From NCBI GenBank assembly GCA_963826715.1, contig CAWGYA010000007.1:64001-128000 (forward strand): a stretch of 64,000 nt of DNA, written 5' to 3'. This DNA comes from Candidatus Bathyarchaeota archaeon. Its GTDB lineage: Archaea > Thermoproteota > Bathyarchaeia > Bathyarchaeales > Bathycorpusculaceae. The translations under genes were made by a program, and so were the position numbers. The notes under the pieces are model-generated. The model was not told the DNA's origin, did not search any database, and worked only from the letters and a program-made list of their open reading frames with translations. Positions 56,541 to 64,000 of this stretch are shown here, one piece after another (the first letter of the stretch is position 1; every line of letters starts with the position of its first letter).

Positions 56541-57692
56541 TTAGTTACCTCGACTTTCCTCTGCGAAATCTTGCTCTAAGGTTTGTTCAGCTTCGCTTAA
56601 GCTTAAACATAAGATCTTCTTGATTGCTATAGAGACAAGCGCCGTATTTTTTGTAGACGCAGTAATAGTACCCGAATTAATAATGCGTCCTGCCCATAAA
56701 CCGTTGGATCTAGACCAATCGACTTTTTCTAAGAGGCTCAACCGCTCTCGCCAATCATGAGGATGCTCATCAAGTAAGGTTTTTCCAGAAATACCTAGAG
56801 CCTGAAGCATAATACCATGAACGTCAACATAGTTTTTCCTGAGTTCACTTGCTGGAGCCTTCCCCGCCTTGACAAGCAACCAGTGCTCCATGTGTTTTGA
56901 AACCTCTGTCCAATATTGGATGGCTTTAGTTTCGTCTTTTTCAGCAATGCGACCAAAATTTTGCCCTATACCTAATAAGTACCTAGTGGCTTGGTAAAGA
57001 CTACTGAGTGTAAACAGTTTTAGGGACCTGTTAGATATTGAGCTTTTTTCAAATTCTATTTTGTCAACGAATACTGGGACTAAATCAGCGATCTTTTTGG
57101 TCAAACGAGATAGAGATTCCCTATGATTGTAAAGAATTGAAAGAGACATTGTGGGTCGCAGAGCGTGTTTATTTAGATCAGAGAACATTTGCTGACTCCT
57201 TTTTAAGCCACCGTCAACAAAGAAAACAACAGATATATGCTCTGAACCTAATTGGGGCATTTGCTTTAACGCTTCCTCAATCGCGGCTTTTCTATGTTGA
57301 CCATCATTTATCAAAAATCTTGCAGATTGAGGAATTATCAAGTGACCTACCTTGCTAGCAGCACCACTTTTACTAAAGGGAACAAATTCAACGCGACAGT
57401 CGACTGAAGCCGTAATAGAAGAGAAGACATAGTTTTTTGGGTCCTCGAGAATATAGCGGCTGATGGCCGGAATCCTTGAGCGATTCAATTGTCGTTGCGC
57501 CCTATTAGTCGAAGGTAACTCTTTTTCATCAAACAAAAACAATTTAGGAATGAAACTGAGCTGGACCATTACTGAATAGTATTCTCGACCAGCTTGTATT
57601 CCCCTTAGGGCCATAAAAGTGTAATTATTAGATTCACAAGATTCAACGCTACCCAATAGATCATTTATTTGCCCCTCAGTCATTCGCTTCAC
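56541..57692 (-). CDS. dndB: DndB (DGQHR domain regulator)
   Basis: RGIQAGREYY, RAQR.LN..RIP, INDGQHR, QQMFSDLN. Confidence 0.93.
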   Translation of the reverse strand: MKRMTEGQINDLLGSVESCESNNYTFMALRGIQAGREYYSVMVQLSFIPKLFLFDEKELPSTNRAQRQLNRSRIPAISRYILEDPKNYVFSSITASVDCRVEFVPFSKSGAASKVGHLIIPQSARFLINDGQHRKAAIEEALKQMPQLGSEHISVVFFVDGGLKRSQQMFSDLNKHALRPTMSLSILYNHRESLSRLTKKIADLVPVFVDKIEFEKSSISNRSLKLFTLSSLYQATRYLLGIGQNFGRIAEKDETKAIQYWTEVSKHMEHWLLVKAGKAPASELRKNYVDVHGIMLQALGISGKTLLDEHPHDWRERLSLLEKVDWSRSNGLWAGRIINSGTITASTKNTALVSIAIKKILCLSLSEAEQTLEQDFAEESRGN

Positions 57693-57868
57693 AGTCTGCT
57701 TATCTATCGAAGGAAGTTAAAAGCTTTATGCAACTTCCAGAACAATATTATAAACTTCCATCTAAACCTGAAAAATAGGTTAAATTGTCAAAAAGAGCAC
57801 AAATTAAGCGAATTTCTGAGAGAGACTCAACAACCTAAAGATGTCACCTTTATCTGGCGACATAATAG

Positions 57869-58588
57869 TTGAACAATCTTTTTGAGCGTTTTGTGCATTT
57901 CCAGACTGCCGTAGACAGGCTTGAATTGACATGTGAGAAAAATAAAAGAGTTTATGCAGAAAGTCACAAGTTAAATATAATTAACTTCAACCGAATTATT
58001 GAAGTTAGAGACTTAAAAATAGTGCAAAATAACATGTTTGACACAGCGAAGTCGTCGGCAGCGGAATCCCCGCTCAATAAAGAGTTAACTTACGCTAAGA
58101 AGACAATAAAAGCCCTGGAATTGATGGACCCTCAACTATCAGACAATGCATGCATTGTTCACGGAAAAAAACATGCCTGGATACGGATTAAGACCTGCCT
58201 AAAAAAGACGAATTTCTATCTATTTATGGAAAATGGTGCAATTTGCGTTGACTTATATATTGGCGGCAGGGGCAAAAAAGAAGCTAACCAATTAGTTTTC
58301 GACCGATTCTTTGCAAGAAAAACTGAGATTGAAAGTTTGTTTGATAAACCGATTTCTTGGGTAAGAAAACATCCGAAGTCTTCGCAGGCATCCAGAATCA
58401 TTATCCGAAACACCGATTTTCTGGATAACGATTTTTCAAACTCCAAACAAGCATTAACCTGGGCAGTAGACAACCTCATAAAGCTATACCAAGCTCTCTC
58501 ACCACAGTTATGTGAGATTCTTGAAAAGTATAACCAGGTGAAAAAGCAATCAAATCCTCTCCAAAGAAATAAAATAAAAGAGACCTAA
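57869..58588 (+). CDS. DUF4268-like domain protein (true start probably near 58034)
   Basis: V.LYI......N...FD.......EIE..F...ISW........ASRI pattern; divergent from dndB. Confidence 0.6.
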   Translation: MNNLFERFVHFQTAVDRLELTCEKNKRVYAESHKLNIINFNRIIEVRDLKIVQNNMFDTAKSSAAESPLNKELTYAKKTIKALELMDPQLSDNACIVHGKKHAWIRIKTCLKKTNFYLFMENGAICVDLYIGGRGKKEANQLVFDRFFARKTEIESLFDKPISWVRKHPKSSQASRIIIRNTDFLDNDFSNSKQALTWAVDNLIKLYQALSPQLCEILEKYNQVKKQSNPLQRNKIKET

Positions 58589-58743
58589 ACAGAAGTCTCA
58601 AAAATAACATGCAGTATAAATAATTGTGGCATTTAGCTGTGCCCGGGTCGCCGATTGGAGGTTTTTGCTATCTGGCGCGAGAAATACAGAGAAAAAAATT
58701 TTCCCCATGGGTAATTTTGGTTTGGGGTGTTCCTAGACGGCGG

Positions 58744-60192
58744 TTAGGTTGTTTGTCTACACCAAAACAGGTAAACTTTTGTTTGAGATAGCATTGCAAG
58801 AATCTTAATCAATCTGCCAATTTTCAAGTTATCCGCAGTTTGCATGGATGCCAGATATTCGGATGTTTTTCCATATGGGTTGTGTCGGCTAGGCGCCACT
58901 TCTTTTTTAAAGCGTGGATGTTTGCTTGCCATGAAGGCTGTTTTGAGTTCTCTTATTTGTTGCTCAGTTAAGTTTTCGAGTTTTGATTGTACATAGCGCT
59001 GGCTGCCAATAAGCTGTAAGTTAAACCCAAGGTGTTGCAGTGTATTAGTAATTCCCTTAAATCCTTCAACAGATTGCTGTTCCATAACCTTTCGCATTCC
59101 TGCCTTCTCTGCAAAAGGCGAATATTTTGCCATTACAGCAATCAACTCAACGTATGGGGTGCCAGCTTGGGGTAGTGTATCACGGATTATTTTCTCTCCA
59201 AGACCTATTGTCCGGTATTTGGGGTGGATTACAATACGGTTTATGGTACTGAGTTTCTGGTTTATTTCTGCCATTGTCATCCTTGGAAGCACAAGACGTC
59301 TTCCATAGCAGGCAGGAGGGGGATAAGTATAGACTATTACACCACAGAGCTCATCACCCCTGGCCATTCTGAAGATTTTTCGGGGAACAGAGACTCCGTG
59401 TCCTCGATAGTGGAAAGCGCTTAGTTTTTTCCAGTCTTCTTTTGTTCCCTGCTCTATTTTCATTTCCTTGGTTAAGCTGCATTCAGGCGCTGGGTTGTTT
59501 GGGTAATAGTTAATTCTGATTTCTTCGCCAAACCTTTTGTTGACAAGTACGCTGGGTTTTAGGTCATCTTGTAAGTCGCTATGGGTTGTGGCTGCTATAA
59601 CGGCTTTACCCTGCTGGCGGGCAAGCTTTTGTAAGTTGTAAGCAATTATTTTTGCGGTGTCTCGATCTAGGCAGGCAGCGAACTCATCCATCAACCACCA
59701 GTGCCGCTGCTTACCAGATTCGATGAGTTTTGCGATTCTGTAACGGTACTTTTGGCCGTCGCTGAGTTGACTGTAGGTACGTAGGAAGAGGAAAGCGTCG
59801 TTTAAGCCCACTTTGCTAAGAAGCTCCAATCCTTGCTCAACTGTGGCACCTACGGTTTCAATTAACGGTTTCTCTGGATCTACTTCAACATCTGATAGAT
59901 CGATGGCTTCTTCGCCAAGGTCAGCCCTTATTGCTCGTAGCAAGACGCTTTTGCCGCTGCCGCTGTCCCCTGTGATGTAGACGATGTCTTGTGGTCCAAT
60001 CTTTAGTTCCGCATCCAACACCTTGAACTTCTGCGTCTCATCGATTCCTAACCCGAAGGCTTCAGCTACAACAAGACTTCTTGGCGTGGGCTTGGTATGT
60101 GTTTCATAGCTGATGTTAAACGTGAACTTGCCTTCAGCCCTATCGTAGACTCGTCGGAATTGCGTTATGCGTAAGTCTCTTTGTCTTCTCAT
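58744..60192 (-). CDS. Fused ABC ATPase-GNAT protein
   Basis: GDSGSGKS, LSDGQ, MDEF, TTH, then FHY and INRIVIHPKYRTIGLG. Confidence 0.88.
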   Translation of the reverse strand: MRRQRDLRITQFRRVYDRAEGKFTFNISYETHTKPTPRSLVVAEAFGLGIDETQKFKVLDAELKIGPQDIVYITGDSGSGKSVLLRAIRADLGEEAIDLSDVEVDPEKPLIETVGATVEQGLELLSKVGLNDAFLFLRTYSQLSDGQKYRYRIAKLIESGKQRHWWLMDEFAACLDRDTAKIIAYNLQKLARQQGKAVIAATTHSDLQDDLKPSVLVNKRFGEEIRINYYPNNPAPECSLTKEMKIEQGTKEDWKKLSAFHYRGHGVSVPRKIFRMARGDELCGVIVYTYPPPACYGRRLVLPRMTMAEINQKLSTINRIVIHPKYRTIGLGEKIIRDTLPQAGTPYVELIAVMAKYSPFAEKAGMRKVMEQQSVEGFKGITNTLQHLGFNLQLIGSQRYVQSKLENLTEQQIRELKTAFMASKHPRFKKEVAPSRHNPYGKTSEYLASMQTADNLKIGRLIKILAMLSQTKVYLFWCRQTT

Positions 60193-60199
60193 TCCATCG

Positions 60200-61648
60200 T
60201 TACCTCGGGATTACTGCTAAGAACGGTTCAGGCTCCATTTGGACTGTGGCAAACACGGCTAGCGCTATGCTCCAAAAAACGTCGTCATGCGTTCCGTTTG
60301 GGTGCGAGTATCCTATAGCGCCATCTTTGCGCAAGTCATAACGCTCAACGTTTAGTTCTGTGCATATGTCGCCTCGGTATGGGCGTTCCCAATTCAGCAG
60401 TGGATAGACGAACTGTTTGTTCATCATACGCTGCTTAAGCAGGCTTGCCATCTCGCTTTTTCGGGGCACACTAAAGTTTACTCCTTCAGCGTTTTCTATT
60501 CCTGCATTTTGCATATCGGCAATAATGGACGGTCCTTCCCGGGTGAAGTCAATTCGTATCTTTTGGAATCCACCCCACCGATCCTGCAACGCCTTCAAAT
60601 AACCAAGAACCTGAGCATACAATGTCGGCTGCTGAAAAATCTTCAAATGCCTAAGAAACAGCCTATCATTTAGTCGCTCAATAACCGAGAGGACGCAGTA
60701 ATCTCTTGTTTGCGCTAAGTCAAGCCCCGCGAAGAAATCGCCCTCAAATGTCGCCTCAGGATTGAACTCTTGCAGGTCCTCGCCACAGTTTTTGGTTGTA
60801 CCAATGCAGCTGACAATAAGTGACTGGGCAAGCCAGGTGTCTTCATCCTCCGCCCACTCAGCCTCCATTTCCCGACGCCAACGCTGCGGATCATCCCCAA
60901 ACTGCCGCTTAATCTTCTCCACAATCGCCAACTTAAGCGGACCATCAGGCTCCAACGCATCACTCCAACGCACATGCGAGCGGGCAAAATCCTGGTAGTC
61001 TTTGTGGTTACACATCTTCCAAAACAACGAATCAGAATTCCAAGGCGTAGACGTCGCAATCAACTTACCATTAGTAGTACCCAAAGTAAACAAAATAGCA
61101 TCATAGAGTTCCTCATCGTTAGGCACGAAATTAGCTTCTTCAATCCAGATCACTTTGAAGGTGGGACCTCTGATGGTGTCGGGATTGTTTGGGAAAGCTT
61201 CAATCATGCTCCCGTTTGGCAAACTAATCCTTGTCTTCTGCACATGCAAGCCTGGCTGCTGGGGAAGCTTTCGACAAAAACCACCCATACGCCTTATGTT
61301 TAATTTAGTTTGACGCCAGCTAGGCCCCACAATCGCAATGTAACTGTCGGGATGCTCCCAAGCATACTTGAGAAGCAAAGCAGAAACCGAAAAACTCTTC
61401 CCCGTCTGACGCGACCAACGCACAGCAGTAAACTGGTTACTCTCAAACATGTCCGCAAGCTCCAGCTGATAGCGATAGGGTGCAAAACCGAAAACCTGCT
61501 TACAAAACCCACTAAAGTCATTTTGTAACGCTTCTACTTGAGTCTGCTTTTTAGCCTCATGAGCCGTTGCCAACTGCTGGACACGTTCCATTTTGGCTTT
61601 AGCTTGGTTTATCCTCAGTGTCCGAGGGTTTTTTCTCCAAAGAACCAT
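60200..61648 (-). CDS. terL: Terminase large subunit
   Basis: YQ, SRQTGKS, IWIEEA, STP, GLDLA...D, HDD motifs. Confidence 0.9.
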   Translation of the reverse strand: MVLWRKNPRTLRINQAKAKMERVQQLATAHEAKKQTQVEALQNDFSGFCKQVFGFAPYRYQLELADMFESNQFTAVRWSRQTGKSFSVSALLLKYAWEHPDSYIAIVGPSWRQTKLNIRRMGGFCRKLPQQPGLHVQKTRISLPNGSMIEAFPNNPDTIRGPTFKVIWIEEANFVPNDEELYDAILFTLGTTNGKLIATSTPWNSDSLFWKMCNHKDYQDFARSHVRWSDALEPDGPLKLAIVEKIKRQFGDDPQRWRREMEAEWAEDEDTWLAQSLIVSCIGTTKNCGEDLQEFNPEATFEGDFFAGLDLAQTRDYCVLSVIERLNDRLFLRHLKIFQQPTLYAQVLGYLKALQDRWGGFQKIRIDFTREGPSIIADMQNAGIENAEGVNFSVPRKSEMASLLKQRMMNKQFVYPLLNWERPYRGDICTELNVERYDLRKDGAIGYSHPNGTHDDVFWSIALAVFATVQMEPEPFLAVIPR

Positions 61649-62066
61649 AATCAGCCTCCAATTTGTCTAAACGCTCTTCAATTCCCCGATAATCCAAGTA
61701 CTCAGCAAAAGCATCCTTGTAGGTCTTAGCTAAAGTGGCTACAACCTGTAAACGCTGAACCTCATCCTTGCTTAGCCCAGCTTCAGCACTCTTCAATAGA
61801 GCAGCCGCCAAAATCTGCAGCGTCTCCTCAACGTTAGGCATGTTAACAGGGAGAACAAGTTTAGAAGAAGAAAAAATCGTCTTTTTCCCAGAAACAGCTA
61901 TTTTTTCTTCTTTCACTATCTTAAGTTTAAGGTCAAACAGCTTCTGCGTGATAGCATCATGCGTTTTAACCATGATTTTGCAGATAGATTCAACGCTTTC
62001 GCCTTCCTCTACTAGCTGTCGAAGTTGACGCTCTTCATCTATATCCCATGGTCTACCCTTCGTCAT
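61599..62066 (-). CDS. terS: Putative terminase small subunit (HTH protein)
   Basis: KGRPW..DEE..L HTH; upstream of and overlapping terL. Confidence 0.55.
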   Translation of the reverse strand: MTKGRPWDIDEERQLRQLVEEGESVESICKIMVKTHDAITQKLFDLKLKIVKEEKIAVSGKKTIFSSSKLVLPVNMPNVEETLQILAAALLKSAEAGLSKDEVQRLQVVATLAKTYKDAFAEYLDYRGIEERLDKLEADYGSLEKKPSDTEDKPS

Positions 62067-62305
62067 GTTTTCTGCCCCACAAACAACCCAACAACAGTCC
62101 CACTCAAGCCGGTAATTGACGCGAAAATCTCAGCATTCCACGTATGAAAGAAAACCATATGAGCCAATTCAAGAGCGGACATAAAAGTCGTCATAGCAAT
62201 AGCAAATTTAACACCCAAAACCAACTTTTCGTTTGGTTCCTCAACTATCAGGCGCCCCCGCTGCAGTCGTCTTCTTGTCAGAGCACGTTTAATTGGGTCT
62301 GCCAT
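62063..62305 (-). CDS. Small two-TM protein (holin-like candidate)
   Basis: Basic N-terminus and two hydrophobic helices. Confidence 0.55.
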   Translation of the reverse strand: MADPIKRALTRRRLQRGRLIVEEPNEKLVLGVKFAIAMTTFMSALELAHMVFFHTWNAEIFASITGLSGTVVGLFVGQKT

Positions 62306-62735
62306 CGATACTTAGCCTCTTTTGAAACAGTGTATTGCAGAAAGTTCTTGGACGATTAAACGCCCTATGTCCACCGAGCATGAAACTATTAACCAGCTTG
62401 CCCGCAGCCTCTTTGGGTATGTGTTCTTTAACTAACACTGAGACATCAACTGCCCAGCTAAGCGGAATAGCAGTGTAATCCAAATCAAAAAGACCATCAG
62501 CATAGCGGAAGCTGTTTTGAGCCAGTACTATGTGCTTAATTTTGTCGCCGATTAGACCAACGTATATGCCCCAGCTTTGTACTGGAACATCTATTGCCAT
62601 TCCTGAACCGCTGCTTTTACCAACAGAGGCATCACACCAGCTGCAACAGATTAAATCCCCCGGGCATAAACTCTCAAGTGCACTTCGCAAACTGCTCTTC
62701 ATTTCTCTACCTCGCCACCTTATACCTGTTAACAT
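62289..62735 (-). CDS. Hypothetical small beta-barrel protein
   Basis: PGDLI..SW.DA...SWG.Y.G...HIVL...TAIP pattern. Confidence 0.6.
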   Translation of the reverse strand: MLTGIRWRGREMKSSLRSALESLCPGDLICCSWCDASVGKSSGSGMAIDVPVQSWGIYVGLIGDKIKHIVLAQNSFRYADGLFDLDYTAIPLSWAVDVSVLVKEHIPKEAAGKLVNSFMLGGHRAFNRPRTFCNTLFQKRLSIDGRPN

Positions 62736-63999
62736 GATTTACTTTGGATCGCAAGGCATACACGTAATCTGCCAGAAGCGCCTTCTCACGGCCAAGCTCC
62801 AAAGTAATCTCCAACTCGCCTGTGTCTTTTTTTACGCTGTATTCGACACTTATAATGCGGAAATTCCCACTAACGTTCTCAACTGGCAAAGAAACTGGAA
62901 TCAGATCTCCAGCAAACAAAGGCGTAGCACCAAAATCGATAACGGTGCTAGTTAATCGAATATACTCGGCGATGTCCTGCATCTTTTCCAAAACAGCTTT
63001 GGCCCTTAACTCGCAGTCAGCATCACTCCAAAGCTCCTCATCAGTATCCACAAACTCCCGAACACCAAAAGCCGCTTGACTAGCCACATCCTGCTGAACG
63101 CTACTATAGCGGGCACCGCCAAAATAGAGCTGCCCCATCCAAATATTACCCGGCGTCGCCGGCGCAACAAGCCAACCGTTAATCCGAACAGCAATAACCT
63201 GCGTCCAATCAAAGTTAGCAACAGCATTCCACTGCGCAGAATACTCAGCGCCGACACTGAGCTCAAAAGCCGACCACTCATTCTCGTTAACTCCAGGGAC
63301 TGTTTGAATTGCGCCTCGTCCTAAAGTATCATAGAGCAGCACATCAAAACCATCACCTTTGATGTTAGCATCACGCATCAACGCCACAACCACCTTGGGA
63401 TATGTGTTGAGGTTAACTGCAGCGCCAAACGTGAACAAGCTGGATCCTGCATAGTTTGCGCCGGTAGCATTTTTTATGCTACTATTAGCTGTTCCAAACT
63501 TGACCGCTGCGTCGAGAGATAACGTTCCAATGTAGGCACTCCAGTTCCCGCTGGCAGGAGTTAGGCTCTCAACAGTTTGATCTTTGTCTAGAGGAGTGCT
63601 TTTGTCTGCAGCACCATAGATGGTGATTTTGTTGCGGATTGCAAAAATATCCTGCTGATAATCATAGTCTTCGATGCGGTCAACTATGCTAACTGGGCTT
63701 ACCTTTGAACCTGTAGCGAAAAACTCGAGTTTGCCATCAGGAGCAACTCGAAAATCATAGCCGATGACGCCGTTTTTATCGCTTTCAGCTGCAACTTTCT
63801 GTATTAGTTCCCAAACATCGATGTCCTTGACTTTTAGATCCGCAAAAGTCGTATCAGTGTCTTCAACTAGCTCAATACTGCCGCGGACATGACTTATGCC
63901 AGAGTAGTAGTCCAGTAGATTTTTGACTATGGCTTCGCCTTTGAATCCTGAGTAGTCCTTGGTTACTTTTTGGCGAAAGAGTTTCTCGCCCCAGCACCT
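62707..63999 (-). CDS. Tail hub/tip protein, partial (runs off the right edge), homologue of 23520..25904
   Basis: Frame is open to the window edge: RCWGEKLFR, KGEAIVK.LLDYY, IGYDFRVAPDGK.EFF, DEELWSD, LEITLELG.E...LADY. Confidence 0.88.
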   Translation of the reverse strand, partial: RCWGEKLFRQKVTKDYSGFKGEAIVKNLLDYYSGISHVRGSIELVEDTDTTFADLKVKDIDVWELIQKVAAESDKNGVIGYDFRVAPDGKLEFFATGSKVSPVSIVDRIEDYDYQQDIFAIRNKITIYGAADKSTPLDKDQTVESLTPASGNWSAYIGTLSLDAAVKFGTANSSIKNATGANYAGSSLFTFGAAVNLNTYPKVVVALMRDANIKGDGFDVLLYDTLGRGAIQTVPGVNENEWSAFELSVGAEYSAQWNAVANFDWTQVIAVRINGWLVAPATPGNIWMGQLYFGGARYSSVQQDVASQAAFGVREFVDTDEELWSDADCELRAKAVLEKMQDIAEYIRLTSTVIDFGATPLFAGDLIPVSLPVENVSGNFRIISVEYSVKKDTGELEITLELGREKALLADYVYALRSKVNHVNRYKVAR

Positions 64000-64000
64000 A

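Larger units (their letters stand above)
39620..64000. mobile_element. Second provirus or composite island, element C (continues beyond the window)
   Basis: Starts at the att copy; contains a recombinase, defence cluster, terminase and tail genes. Could be more than one element. Confidence 0.7.

Overview
Archaeal DNA, most consistent with Bathyarchaeia (inferred from PQQ-like beta-propeller and beta-helix surface proteins with C-terminal anchors, Lrp/AsnC regulators, oligo-T terminators and GGAGG/GGTGA SD motifs). The whole window is mobile DNA: a tandem array of elements integrated at the 3' end of one tRNA gene (probably tRNA-Pro), marked by att copies at 325-349 and 39602-39619. Element A shows only its integrase tail (1-255). 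Element B (350-39601, about 39 kb) is an att-bounded head-tail provirus with a ParB/ABC-ATPase/GNAT module, terminase, portal, protease-scaffold, capsid, neck and a tail with a very short tape measure. It also carries many host-like cargo genes, including an 8 kb cassette of secreted proteins and small membrane proteins that share a repeated operator motif and flank a membrane-anchored wHTH regulator (candidate archaeocin/immunity regulon). Element C (39620 to beyond 64000) carries a second tyrosine recombinase, a DNA phosphorothioation cluster (dndBCDEA plus a pbeABCD-like operon whose last gene is fused to a Schlafen/AlbA_2 domain), a fused ABC-GNAT gene, a different terminase and a tail protein homologous to that of element B. 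Two probable programmed -1 frameshifts and several frame or start-codon lesions are visible. All product calls come from motif recognition and synteny, not from database searches.
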